This document shows positions 11,800-25,220 of a stretch of 64,000 nt of DNA, piece after piece; the first letter of the stretch is position 1, and the number at the start of each line of letters is the position of its first letter. The notes below the pieces were generated by a model, which was not told where the DNA came from, made no database searches, and saw only the letters and a program-made list of their open reading frames with translations. Position numbers and translations under genes: made by a program. Source of the stretch: Octopus vulgaris. Taxonomy: Eukaryota. The stretch is from NCBI GenBank assembly GCA_951406725.2, contig OX597817.1, forward strand, positions 123,752,001-123,816,000, written 5' to 3'.

Positions 11800-13460
11800 G
11801 CATAAAACCCAGGTTCAACAACCTGATGGAAGCATGGCAAATGGTGTTGCAAAGATCACAAAGTGTATAAAAATGATTGAACATGATGAGATTATGGTAA
11901 TGCGTATGTAAAAGGAACAGCAGGGGACTATCAGTCCAGAAGAAACCTGTTGGACAAGAGAATCTACAGATCTTGGAAATGGAAGGTGGAAATGTACCGA
12001 CTACAGAAAACCTTAGTACATCTTAAACTAAAGTGTCACCCAAAGAAATTAGTCCAGAACTGGCTGCTCTCTGTGACAAAATTCTGGAAGTGATGTTCCT
12101 TGAGGAAAGTTACCATCACTGCAGTCATGTTGTAGAGCAAAGTTATGATCAGAACTTAGGAAAGCAAATGAAGTTGTTATGAGAATTCTGAATGAAGACA
12201 TCACAGAATTATATTCCTTAATATATATCACTGCTTAAATATTTAGAGAACAGAAACAACAGAGAAATTAAGATCCATTCTAGAAAAGGAGAATAAAAGA
12301 AAACATTCATAGATGGTGGAAGGATTTAAGTAAGATCAAGAAAGTAAAGAAAGGAAATATGAGGATCAAGGAAATTGAATGGAACTACATGAATAAGAAA
12401 TAGTATCTGGTGGATAATGGTGCTTTGTCTATCTCAGATATGTTAAAGCAAAACCTGAAAACAAGCGGAGATAAGATCAAAAGATATGGGGAAAGATGTC
12501 TACAGCTCAAACAAATTCAACTATTTTACTCTTTTACTTGTTTCAGTCATTTGATTGTGGCCATGCTGGAGCACCGCCTTTAGTCAAGCAAATCGACCCC
12601 AGGACTTATTCCTTGTAGGCCTAGTACTTATTCTATCAGTCTCTTTTGCCGAACCGCTAAGTTACGGGTATGTAAAAACACACCAGTATCGGTTGTCAAG
12701 TGATGTTGGGGGGACAAACACAGACACACAAACATACACACACACACACACACATATATATACATATATACAATGGGCTTCTTTTAGTTTCCGTCTACCA
12801 AATCCACTCACAATGCTTTGATCAGCACGAAGTAGAAGACACTTGCCCAAGGTGCCACACAGTGGGACTGAACCCGGAACCATGTGGTTGGTAAGCAAGC
12901 TACTTACCACATAGCCACTCCTACGCCTGTTCAAAAAAAAATTCATAAACTGTTCCACAAAATTCTGGATGGACATTGGGAAGAGTCAGGGTTACCTGAT
13001 GTCAAAGAAGTGGCTTAATTCTGGAGTAAGATCTGGTCAGAGGATGCAAACACAACAACAAAGCACACCGGTTTCATTAAGTGGAAGAAGAATTCAGTGA
13101 CATGGAGATACAAGGGGACATTACCATCACAATGGAAAACATACAAGCAGGAATTGGTAAGATGAAAAATTGAATGGCATGTTTGGACTTAGTTCAGGGT
13201 TTTTGCTTAAAGAGTTTAACAAATTTACGTCTTGAACTACAAAAGCGTCTGCAAGCCTGTGTACAGCAAGGTATTGTACCAGAATGGATGGTCAAAGGGA
13301 GAACTGTATTGAGCTAGAAGGACCCAGCCAAGGGTGTTGTAGTTAGTTACTATCAGCTTGTTTACCTATGATGCAGAAGCTTCTAAATGGAATAAGGAGA
13401 AAGAAATTGTAAGAACTGAACAATAAGCAGATGAACAGAGGAGTTGTAGGAAGGGACTGC
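11800..13460 (+). mobile_element. Old, heavily decayed R4/Dong-type element (N-terminal RT region), interrupted by a SINE
   Basis: Pieces MLKQNLKTSGDKIKRYGERC, FWSKIWSE, PEWMVKGRTVL..KDPAKG, EQRSCRKG are colinear with ORF 8888..10099. The 5' boundary is uncertain. Confidence 0.7.
12524..12928 (-). mobile_element. tRNA-derived SINE (family A)
   Basis: Minus-strand head with A-box TGGCTATGTGG and B-box GGTTCAGTCCC, internal CA/TA repeat, AAAAGAGT tail; multiple near-identical copies in the window. Confidence 0.9.
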
Positions 13461-16430
13461 AAAGAATAAATGAGATAGAAAAAAATCATGCTGTCTTCAC
13501 TTTAGCTTAGAAGCTACTAAGGTATCAGGAAAAAAAGACTTGTTAGAGATCTAGCTTGTCACTGTTTTGGGGGTCAGTTTTAATTTATAGTCTTGTTTAT
13601 CAAGTCTTTGTATATCAAAATCTAAGGCCAAGGAACAGGGAGCAGTGTCTGTTAGGAAAGGGGCTTAGGGAGTCGACAGAAATCATAGGGGGTATAGTCA
13701 TAAAAGTATTAAGATTAATTTGAAGCAATATAAGGAGATTTGGTAAAGGAAAATCTTAAATCAAGATGTTAGTTATCAATTAAAGGGGCAAGACTCTAGC
13801 AATACCAATGATGATAATACAGGGGAAATTTTATCATGTGGTACAATAGTTGAATACTTTAAACAATATTGCTACATTGTATAAAGCTAAAATTTAAGGT
13901 TATCATGAAGATTATTAAGAAGAATATTATAGCCAAAAGGATAACATTTTTGAATACTTTTGAGTATATACCAAAATTTACTACAATAGGGGGAAGAAAG
14001 AAGTTACGTAGAAATAGTTTAATATTTATTCATATTATATACTTAGATATTAATTTATTAGATAATATCTATGAAGATTGATCATTGGCATTTACTGATA
14101 TTTAATAAAGGAATACTGAGGTGAAAGAACATGCTAACTATACATTAATCAAATTATAATCTAAGCAGTTTATAAGTTGTAAAGATACTGGTACTGCTAT
14201 ATATAAGCTATGTATGAATGTCTAGGGTACACAAAATTAGGTTTATTTCATAAAAACTATTGTAAAATAATAAAATGATCAGGTAGGGTAGAACACCATA
14301 GAAAAGGAATAAAATAGCTTAATCACTAAAACCATGATGAAGCATAAATACCTTATTAACATCAATAGAGAAGATTTATAGAAAATGTATAATTCAAGTA
14401 TTTATGCAACTGAGGATAGCTCTGCATTGAAACTGATGTAATGGTTGCATTGTTCAATTAAATGGAGTCGCTTGAAACGATCATACTGCATTATCTCTGG
14501 ATATCCTGTTGCTTAATTTGATTATATGTATGTATTATGCATGTATGCATACCCATGTATACATACCATGTGAATAAGTCTTTTTAACACATATATCCCC
14601 GTCCATAAACTTTGCTAAAATCTCACATTTTTTGCTTTCTTTGTAATAAATTTGTTATATTGAATATTGTACCTTTTATTTATTTTGGTATACATTAAGA
14701 ATATCTTTTTTTAGGATTAAATTTCCTACAGCAGCCTGGGAGAACTAGTTTTATGTTTTTAATCTGGTCCTAGAAAGCCATACAAGTTTGACACCGTTGT
14801 TTAAGCCAATATAATAGCTGAATTTACAGCGTTCAGGTTGGTAATCGAATTTACAAATTACATGGTTTTTCCTGCTTTTAAATAGTTGTTGATAAGGTTT
14901 TTAATTTTAGCATTTTGCAATAAATTATTAGAGATAAATTATTTTTCAGTGCATTCTGTGAGCTATTTTACAAAAGTTTAAATAATGTGCTTGTCTGTTC
15001 TATAGTTAGTCTGCATCGGATTCGTGCAGTAGTATTCTTTCTATGTTGTTTGTGTATTTTTTAGAAGTGTAGTATATCTGATGTATTTGCTGTGGTGTAT
15101 ATCTTCTAGTATCATTTTGTTACTTGGTTAATTGGTTTGTTGGAATTCCTGCTGTTGACAGATTACTGTTATATTCTGTTCATTTGGTTACCTAGAATTT
15201 TGTTCATGTAGAAGAATCTAAATGCTTTTCAAAGTAAGGATCTTATCGAGAAGATTTTTGCATCTGTGTTGACATTCATTATCTTCACATAAGTATATGC
15301 AATTATCTTTAACATTGGTGTAAACAGAGGAAATAACGCATCTGTTGTTTCTTTACCTGAAAGTTTATGCATAAAATTGGAGTTTTGGGTGTTAAATTTT
15401 AGTTTAGTGTTGTTTTCTATATCTTCTTTTAAAACCTCAAAATATATCTAGGAAGTTTATTTGTATGTTATTCATATTCCTGGTGTATATTACATGTTAA
15501 TACCTTGGCAATACTTAGCCATATAGAATGCAATGGTTAAGATGTTGGCCACCAAAACCTCTTCAGTGTTTCAATAATTAACTTACCCATTGATTTATTT
15601 TACTTTGATGATTAAACTTCACCTGTTTATAAGATTTTAAATCCTTCAGTCCTTCAAATTAAAAATGAACCTTGACAGTGAATTAAAACTGTGCTTTTTT
15701 CTGTGTTGCAAGAAATATATTTGCTGTGTGTATCATATTCAAGTAAATTCAAGATTTTTTGAGGAGGTCTAATAAAACTAAAGTATATCTGGGGTTATCA
15801 TCGTAGCTATCAAAGATCAAAATTAATTCCCATGCTAACGGTCTTTGTTATTTGGTCTAATGACATTTTGGTAATTCTAACTCTTTGAAGAGTACTCCTA
15901 ATCATGTTCCTTTGCACTGGAATTATAAATTCTTTTTAAAAAGTTATATTTTAATAAATGATATTCAGTTCAACATATTCAATATAGTATCTTGTATTTA
16001 ATTCTATGTTCCTCATACAAAAATTTTGGAGAAAATTTTGAATGTTTGGAAAAATATTAATTTCATCTATAAACCATCAAACATATTCCTGCCTTGCATC
16101 TAATTCAATTATAAACAGGTTAGTTATCTGCAACAACCAACTATCAAGAAATAAGATAAGAATTTTAGCCTTTAAACAATTACACTATATCATTTTCATT
16201 TTGCCATCTCTCTCTCAACTCCCATTCTTCTTATTTCATCTTTGTCCTTCCCCTACAAGAAATACACCCTGTACCTCACTAACTTTTCATCTTCTCTGTA
16301 CACACACACACACACACATACATGTACGTATAAGTAGATACATATATATATGCATGTATATATATACACATCTATCTCTTTATGAGCATTTATATCTATT
16401 GACTTATCTATGTAGTTATCTAACAACATT

Positions 16431-16435
<5 letters not shown>

Positions 16436-16464
<29 letters not shown>

Positions 16465-16530
16465 TGTATGTATGTATGTATGTATGTATGTATGTATGTA
16501 TGCATGCATGTATGCTTGCATGTATGTATA
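16436..16530. repeat. (ATGT)n microsatellite
   Basis: Directly visible. Confidence 0.95.
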
Positions 16531-19479
16531 TGGGTACTATGCATGTATATGTATACTTATTATGAACAGTCAAATCAGTATACTGAAATCATGACAGAAA
16601 CATCTATTCTTAATAAAGCAGAAGAGTTAGAAAGAGTTAAATTAGAAAGAGACATTTCGAAAAGGTGTGTCAGTTAGTTAGTTACAATTTAAACAGGACT
16701 ATCATAATAACATAATAATCAATCTGTACAAACATGTCTACCTGCATACACCCACACATCCACACATATATCTTTGTATGCATGCATATGTGTGTATGCA
16801 TATCTAGATCATTGTTTACATATCACATAGCTCTCAGTGTGCAGGCTAATTAATTCAAATCCATTTTTATTATATTTATTCTGCTGCTCTGTTATCTAAG
16901 AAAGAAATCTAAATAAATTTTGCTGGCAATTTACAGCTCTGCAAAATTATGACACCTTCGATAAATTCTTAATGAAATGAAATGCCATAAGTTGGATATA
17001 TGCAAGTTCGATATATGAAATTATTTAATTTTGTTAGTAATCTGATGCACTATCTTTGACATCTATATTATGAATAATACAGTAGTGAGTGCATTGGGTA
17101 ATATATCTGGCTGAAAATTACAGTTAGTTAAGTTTGTCCTTCTATAATCTCTGTTCAAATTCTTCCAAGGTCAAAAAAAAAAAAAAAAGAATTAGTCCAA
17201 TTAACATACCAATCAAGTATAGCCATGTGTTGCAACAGTTTGACATTGTATTTGATAACAAAACAATATTAGAGTAATTAAAAGGAGAAACAAACTCTCA
17301 TATCATCATAAAATCTGTAAATTAAGACAAAGTACATAGGATGGGTTGATTTATGATAGATGTGTAAAACTTGCATCTGGACAGGCTAGCAACTAATGAT
17401 TTCCCCCACAATTGTGGCAAACTCATTATTCTCAAATATAAATTTCTGTTGACTTTATTTTACTTTAAAACCAATGATTTTCAATTAATTGCTAATTTTA
17501 CAAAATTTTGTAAATTCATATTTCTTTACCTACATCTTGCTTAAAGTAATTACAACTGACTTATTTAAAGTAATTATGACTATAAAGTTTTGTACATTAT
17601 TCATAACATGCTCATATATATATATATACAAATCCACAACAATGTTTGCAGTAGAATTCGTTCTTCGAGAATGAATAATGTTTAAAGACTCTATGTATTA
17701 AAAGCACAATATAGCCAAATGATATCAGATTGTTTGACAACAATGTTTCTGTGTAATTTCACCTATTCAGTGGCAGTGTCCACCATGGTCGTTCAGAGCT
17801 AATTATAAACTTTCGTTCAGATATAGAAATTGACAAACAAAATATTTGCAGATGCGTATACAAATCTCACAGATTGAAGTACACTAGGCATATACACTTG
17901 AAATAATAGGCAACAAAATAACAATGTATACATTATAAGACATTCATGTACAAACGAATGTAAAATAAAACTTGCTGTGGAATTGAGTCTCAGAAAATAA
18001 TTTCAAGTTATTCAGGAATGGGTATAGATTTTCTAAAACCTTAAACTATATTTTCAAAAATCCATAGCACACCTAGATATGCTTTGAGGTGCAACAAAGC
18101 ACTACATTGCAGCATAATGCAACATACCTAAGCTTAGTACTGCAAATTGACAAAACAAAGGCTTATATTACTGGTATTGCTGCTACTATTAATACTGTTT
18201 GCAGAAAAGAACAATTTTATGGAACCATTTTTTTTTTCTTTGGTATATATATTTACAGCTATGAACTACAGTTGTTTAATCTCGAGTCAGGAATAACTTA
18301 GCAGACCTATGACTCAAACCATTCCAGATATGTCCATCTTATTCTTACACTCACTTATACTGAAGACATGGAATGTTAAATAGTTTGCAAAAGTAAGATG
18401 AAAATATTAATTTTTTTTCAAAATTTCTGTGATAAGAATTATCATTGTACATCAATATATTCAATCTAAAATATTCATTTTGTTGGCTAGAATTTTTCAA
18501 TCAGTGTAACTTCCTGGTTTCTCCAGATGATTGTTGTATTTTGGTCATGTTCAAGGAATTTCAAACTAAATACATCATTCAAACCACTATTCTCATTCTA
18601 ATGTCAATGTCCAGAAAGAGTAAGAACTCACCCCATGGTTTGGATAAGGGTTTTGGAATTCAAAGAATATTATTGTTTATGACAGACACTTGAAGAAAGC
18701 TAGGGATCACAACTGGCAAAATGCTGTGACATGAGTCAAAATCGATCAGTGAATAATAAACATGTTCCACGTATGAGGAAAATGGATATGTGTAACATAT
18801 GGTCACATTTTATTTTGAGGATACAATCAAGTTTCAATGTACTGCTCTGTCTCACTCTCATCCTATTATAATGCATTTGTTAATATTCATCTTAAAGTAA
18901 TTTTATGTAAGTTCTCTTTCTACATTTGTCTGAACAAATGAGAGTACGGTGTACAAAGCTAGGATTCAAAAGAAATTAACCTTCCAATCATAAATACGTA
19001 CATGTGTGTATGTGTTTATGTGTGTGTGTGTGTGTATACTAGCAATGCTTCCCGGCGTTGCCTGGGTGTTATTACCTACAGGCACATTGTATTATTTGTT
19101 TCTTTGTTATGGGTAGAAGCAGCACATGAGGAGCATGAAACAAACAACTCTTTTCTTTTATAAACATATTTTTCAGTCATTTTGTGATGAACAATGCCGA
19201 AATTGTTGTCACCAAAAACACGTAGAATAGCAGCTTAGATTAGAATGAAATCCTAAAAATGCCCCAAAACGACCTAGACTTACAGATGTAAAGAATTGGA
19301 TGACAAATGAGAATGTAGAGGTATCCGAATTGCAGAAAGTAAGGTACATGGACAGAAAGCTGCTTCCTTGTGCAAAGCACCATCTCTGTAATGTTTGGGC
19401 AGACTGCACACTTCAACATATGTTAAGTAAAGCTGACAATGCTTATGGCTAGATTTTGCATAAGTACAGTGTTGGTACA

Positions 19480-21946
19480 ATAAATAAGTCATCTGCATTG
19501 CTAACTCGAGAGCATGAGATATATAGTTGTCCATGAGAAAAGCAGGGTTGTTGTAAATTGAGACCCACAATTTTTAAAGTTTGGTCCTGGGCTTTGTTGA
19601 TTGTCATAGCAAAGCACAATTGCACTGGGAACTGGAGGCACTTGAATTGAAATGACACATTTGAGGGAATAAGGGGCATGTGTGGAATGTGTGCGATCTC
19701 TCCTTAATGGCAGCTAGCAGTAATGGTTGCTTCTAGGACACGACTTGTCATTGTAGTTATAATCAATCTTGTACCATTGCATAGTCGCAGTGGGTCCAAA
19801 TTCCTCAAAAGCATGATAAGTGCACCTTTCTTTAGGAACAACTTATGCAGTGGCAGTCCTGTGGGTTGTAGGGAGTTGAGAAATTCAACTGGATACTCAA
19901 CAGCGACATGTTCGTCGATGGTAGTATCAATGGAGACTAACGTTGAAGCATCTTCAGCTAGAATGTAGAGGAGTTCATGGTTTACTTTATCAACTCTTTC
20001 ATTCTGAAGTGCTAAAATTGCCCTCTCTGCAAACCATGCTATGTTTTTGAAGTTGTCTTGCAACGTGGGAAATACCTTTTCTTTAAGCTCTGCTAATGTA
20101 AACACCCTGTGCCCACATTGCAGTATATGCTGCTGCAGGATGTTTTTCAATGGTAAGGTGCCACTTCCAATTTGTTGAAGATGAGAGAATTCCTCAGCTA
20201 AGAGATGAGAGAGATGAACTCGCATATTCTTGTTTAATGAAAGCTGCTGAACAAATCTCCACAGAAATGAAGACTTCATACATGCATAGTACTGATCAGC
20301 TCACGTACCCCGTGCTATGACTGGTCATATTTGACGGAAATCCCCTGCAGGGACAACAGTTAAACCCCCACCCATAATGGCAGTTCTGCTTGTAATATCC
20401 CTTAGTGACCTATCAAGGGCTTCTAGTGCACCACAGTGCATTCATCCCAGACAAAAAGTGTAGTTTTGAGCAGAACTTCCGCTGTCGGTAATCGCTTTGA
20501 AATATTGCATATTTGGGCATCCGTTGGTGTGAAATTAAAAGGTAATTTGAATGTTGAGTAAGTTGTTCGTCCACCTGTAAACAAAGTCGCCGCTATCCCT
20601 GATGACGTGACTGAAATCACTATGTTTCTCATCTGTCTTTTTTTGTTGCCAGAAGTAGGTTAAGTAGAAACGTTTTCCCCATTCCTCCTGGTGCATCAAT
20701 GAAGAAAAAACGTCCTTCTCCTTGCAAGGTAGACACTACTATTTCATTGTAAACAGACCTTTGCTCATCATGCAATAATGGTTCACTTTCATCAAGTTGT
20801 CTTTTCATAGCATCCAAGTCGCATGCTCTTTCTCGAATGACTTCTCTTGAAAGGCCGTGATGTTTAGCTGAAGGTACCGGAATTCCGTAGTCGGATAAGC
20901 TTTTGCCCCCAATGAAATTAAGCATGTTTTCTAACTCCCGTAATGCTTCGGTGTATTTAACATCCGAGTATGAGGCACTTGGCCCATGCAACCGTCGAGC
21001 TTCATGAAGTATGTCATCAGACAGGTTGTCTTTGTAGCTTTCCCAAAGTTGTAGTGGATTCGGTAAATCGCAATGGTACAACATGATGGCAAAGAATCTT
21101 GTTAGTTGGTAAGCTGTACATGCAGTTGCTTCATCAGAAAGAGCTAATCTCCAGTGACTGCCATCTTCAAGAAGATCTCATAGTTGGTGGGCTTGTCGAA
21201 ATGTTTCGCAAACCAAGGAGTTTATTATCTTAAGGTCTTTGAATGACGTTGGTAAGGAAAATTTGTGGGAGAGCATCCAGAGACAGTAGCATTCGAAGTT
21301 TTGGGGGTGGACCGTATAAATTCGACCTAGAGCATTACTTTTTTGTGTGGATGCCCTTCGACGGTTACCCCAAGCTTTCTTCTCTTCCTCTTCTTAACAT
21401 GGTTATTCCAGGTGTAATACTTCAGTACGTCTGGGTAGAAGATGGTCGCAGCGAATGCGTCACATCTACACAGGTCAAAGAATGCTGTGAGAGTCGTCGC
21501 CTGTGACGCATATATTTGTCCTCTAACGTTTTCGGGATTCAATGGATCAAAATAAACTCTTTGACCATTTTCTAAATGAACAGAGAGGTGGACAACTGTG
21601 GAATATCTGTCATGGATCGGGGAATAAAGGAGTCTCCAAGCGGCTTTATTACTGCTTACATAACGGCCCTTTATATATTGGTGTACATCATTGGCCTTAT
21701 CAGCATCTGAAAGGCCAAAGACAGCCATGTCGGATCCTTTGTTTATATATGGACACACATACTTGATGGAGTAAATGGAACTGCAAAATTCCACGTTGAT
21801 GTGTGCCTTGAAAACTCGTAGTAATAGAGGACTATATGGGACGATTCATCTGTTGGCTACGATGACTGGACTTACCTGTGATCGAAAAGTAAAATGGAAT
21901 CCACCGTCTCTCGGTTTGCATCATTTGTATGTTGGATACCCGTCAT
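19480..21946 (-). pseudogene. Helitron RepHel: Rep C-terminal part + PIF1-family helicase
   Basis: DGYPTYK, VPYSPLLLRVFKAHINVEFC..IKYVCPYINKGSD, LSVHLENGQRVYF, FFIDAPGGMGKTFL (Walker A), SSGIAATL..GRT, VWDE, MLLRNLDPLRLCNGTRL, QFPVQLCFAMTINKAQDQTL, FSHGQLYISCSRV; many stops and frameshifts. Confidence 0.92.
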
Positions 21947-21954
21947 GTCAAGTG

Positions 21955-22989
21955 TGAAAAGCTCCAAAATTGATCCAGGCACCATCCCGCTGTCCAAAAG
22001 TGAAAACGAACGGCTGTTTTGTCCGTTTCTGCATGCGTAGATTTATAGTGAAAGAGCAAAAGGACCACGGCATGTGAAGCCCTCACCACGAAACTCGATA
22101 TGCTAAAAATAACACTAAATGTTCGGAGAATTTTTGTGATTGTAGGTTGGCGCGCATGCAACAATTTCTACAACAGCTTGTCCGAATGAACAGAGAAAGA
22201 AGTGCACAAAATATATTTGACATACCTGTGATATACGTCGGTTTTGTTTTTCCGCTTGAAAAGTAAACGATTCTGATAGAAGCAATTATTTTTCTGTCAA
22301 TTCCTTGGATTAATACCAACAAAATTCTATAAGTTTAGTCAGTGGCTCAGCACCTGTATGTGTGCTTTATTCCAAAATAATAAAAACTTCAACATCTTCC
22401 AAAATAGGACTTAATCCATGTGTATCCGCGTGCGTATATGTGCATGTGTGTGTGTGTGAGGTGGGGGTGCGCAAGAAAAATATTTACGGAAATGTACTCA
22501 TAAAATTTCTACTAAAATAAGATGTCTTTATATGCCACGTTTGCGATTCTCCATGCAAATGATAGCAAAGTGTGTATCAAATGAAATTAAAATCCTGGTT
22601 CAATGACAGATCGATCAAGTTACTAAAGTTTTAAAGTTGTTGGTAACAACAAATTATCTCTTTTAATTGACTATTGAAAAAGAGAGAAAATGCAAGAGAA
22701 ATTAATTTTGGCGGTAGTGACTAAACCCCTTGATTCATTATGAAAATTTTAAAATTCAGACGCGTAACATTATGCATGTTCATTTCCGTAAATTTACCCA
22801 CAACCACAAAAATTCTCCGGACTTTTAGCTGTTATTTTTAACATATCGAGTTTCGTGGTGAGGGCTTCACATGCCGTTGTCCTTTGGCTCTTTCACTATA
22901 AATCCACGCTATCGGAAACGGACAAAGCAGCCATTCGTTTTCAGTTTTAGACAGCGGGGTGGGGTGTCGATCAATTCTGGAGGTTTTCA
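21955..22989. repeat. ~190 bp inverted repeat (arms 21955-22147 and 22796-22989)
   Basis: CGGCATGTGAAGCCCTCACCACGAAACTCGATATG at ~22070 is the reverse complement of CATATCGAGTTTCGTGGTGAGGGCTTCACATGCCG at ~22845; alignment extends both ways with scattered mismatches. Confidence 0.9.
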
Positions 22990-24257
22990 TTAAAAATTTG
23001 AAATTAGAATTTGTTTTCTCCATCCACCCATATTCTTAATCTCCGTATTCTTCCACGTAGATTGGAAACAAAATTTCGAAAAAAGTTAAAAATTATAAAT
23101 TTGGGTGTGGAAGGGAATTAAAAAAATTGAAAACGTGTTTTTTTTTTTTGGCATATTCAGAATTTTCGTCATCGAAAACATAGGAATTCGGTTTAAAAAA
23201 ATGAAATAAAAATCGGAAAGGTCCGTTAGGGGTGGGGGTGGGTCCAGTTCCACCAAAGGAGTTAATAGGATTTCCCAGAAATCACGTTTTCAAAATTATA
23301 ATTCCCTCTCCTCACTGAAATTTCCTAATTTTTAACTGTTTTTAGAATTTGCTTGTTATCCACGTGGGAAAATAGAGATTACGAATGTGCGAAATATAAT
23401 TCTTTGTTGAAAGTTTAATTTTTCTGAAAGAAATACTGAATGCACTTTTCCCCCACTTCGGCCACACCCGAGCGAAATGCAAATGTCTTGTGGAGAAAAC
23501 ATAGGAATGTGAGTAAATTGAGGAAAGAAATAAGGGGTGGGGACTGTAATTGTGTGTGTGTGCACGAAAGAAGTTATTTTCGCATACCTTTCTTTATTCC
23601 AATTAATTAGTGGAAGTTGTGACTAGTTGACACCATGAGGTTTCTGTACATTATAATCAGAAATTGAAAGATAATGATTAATTCTACGCGTGTGCGAGGG
23701 AGAGAAAGAGAGACAGGGAGGAAGAGACAGAGAGATAGAGTGAGTGAAGGTGTGTGTCGTGATGATGTATGTCTTTTAAAGTACACACTCATATAGAAAC
23801 TGAGATGTCATCGCCGTCGTCGTCGTATAAAATGCTTACGATAGTTGACTTATGGAAAAGATCATAATTTAAAATTGTTGTAATGCAAATATGTCAATGA
23901 AAGTAAAGTTTAATTGGTAGCCGAAATAGTACTGAATCTTTTCATACCTCATATGTCAAAATCGGCACCTCGGTTTTGGAACACATAAGGAACATACACA
24001 CGCGCACTCACACACGCACACACATACAACTTCTCTTTTATAGTTATATATAGGGTAGAGAAATTAGAGAAATATTCTACCAGTGGCTAGCATGCATAAA
24101 ATAGTCAACAGACAAATATAACTAACTATAACTGCGCTTGCGCGGTAGATTTGAAAAGTAATAATATATAAAGATAAGACATGTGCTCTCTATTTATCCT
24201 ATAATTATACGTTAATTAATTGCGCCCTTGCTGACGAAGAACACGGATAACAAATTA

Positions 24258-24460
24258 ACGTATTTGTTCAGCCAGTTGTTGTAATGAACGACTGGTAGAG
24301 CTGAAATGGCATGAGGCCGGGCAGTCGTTGCCGAGTTTAATGTCTGAGAGGTGTTCTGCGAACTGGTCAGCCAAACAGCGTCCTGTTTGACCGATGTACA
24401 CAGAAGTACAGAAAGAGGAGGAGATGCAATAAATTACGTTGCTAGAAGTGCATTTATGTA
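24258..24460 (-). mobile_element. Inverted GIY-YIG fragment of a diverged Penelope-like element
   Basis: CTSSNVIYCISSSFCTSVYIGQTGRCLADQFAEHLSDI..PASCHF, homologous but not identical to 27975-28140. Confidence 0.85.
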
Positions 24461-24463
24461 CGT

Positions 24464-25220
24464 CTCCCCCTCTTCTTCCCCTCCCCTTCTCTCCCCCCTC
24501 TTCTCCCCCTCCCCCTCTTCTCCTCACTACACCACATGACTTTACACATCACATCACATATGATGTGCCATACTAATACACACACCAACTAATACATACT
24601 AATACGTACTAATACATACTAGTACATACTAATACTTACACCAACCCTATACATACACACGTCCAGACCCGCATACGCACTTATACTCTCTCACACACAC
24701 ACACACACACCTATACATACCAATACGTACTAATACATACTAATACATACTAATACATACACCAACCCCATACATACGCACGTCCAGACCAATCCTACGC
24801 ACTAATACTCTCTCATACACACACACACACACACACACACACCCTTATACATACTAATACATACACCAACCCTATACATACACACATCCAGACCCCTCCC
24901 ACGCACTTCTAGCTGGTCCCTCAACCCTTTTATCAACCCTATTATCTCCCCTTATTTCGCTCTCGCGTCTCATGTTTGATCTTTGACCTCTGGCCGAAAT
25001 CAGATCGCCATGTTGATTCGTTAGCTACTGCACGCATTTTTTTTCTCTCCTTCTTTCTGTGTTTTCTCTCTCTGTGTATCTTTCTGTTGAAGAGCGTAGG
25101 CTCGAAACGTTAAAGACTTGTTTTATTTATATTTCCTGAGCGCCATACTAATACAATTGTTCGTTTGTTTTCCACCTGCCTTCGTCTTTTGTTTATTTTC
25201 ATAAAGCTTCCCGTTATATA
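24464..25220 (+). repeat. Upstream pseudo-LTR of the PLE
   Basis: Matches 28501-29256 with only a handful of substitutions and small indels. Confidence 0.95.
25079..25116 (+). ncRNA. Minimal type I hammerhead ribozyme-like motif, variant core CUGUUGA
   Basis: TCTTT-CTGTTGA-A-GAGC(GTAG)GCTC-GAAA-CGTT-AAAGA: stem I TCTTT/AAAGA, stem II GAGC/GCTC, palindromic ACGT in place of stem III. PLE pseudo-LTRs are known to carry minimal hammerheads. Confidence 0.7.

Larger units (their letters stand above)
19039..24054 (-). mobile_element. Helitron, internally deleted and decayed
   Basis: Minus-strand 3' end: GC hairpin CCCAGGC-AAC-GCCGGG then AAGCATTG-CTAG|T (CTAG 19039-19042). Putative 5' end (C)CTATATATAACTATAAAAGAGAAGTTG + GT repeat at ~24054 (TC start mutated, less certain). 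Rep/helicase remnants lie between. Confidence 0.88.

Noticed and set aside
16042-16677. 211 aa ORF
   Set aside because: Held open by CA/TA/ATGT repeats; no recognisable domain.
24231-24260. CTGACGA as a hammerhead core
   Set aside because: No stem II or GAAA follows.
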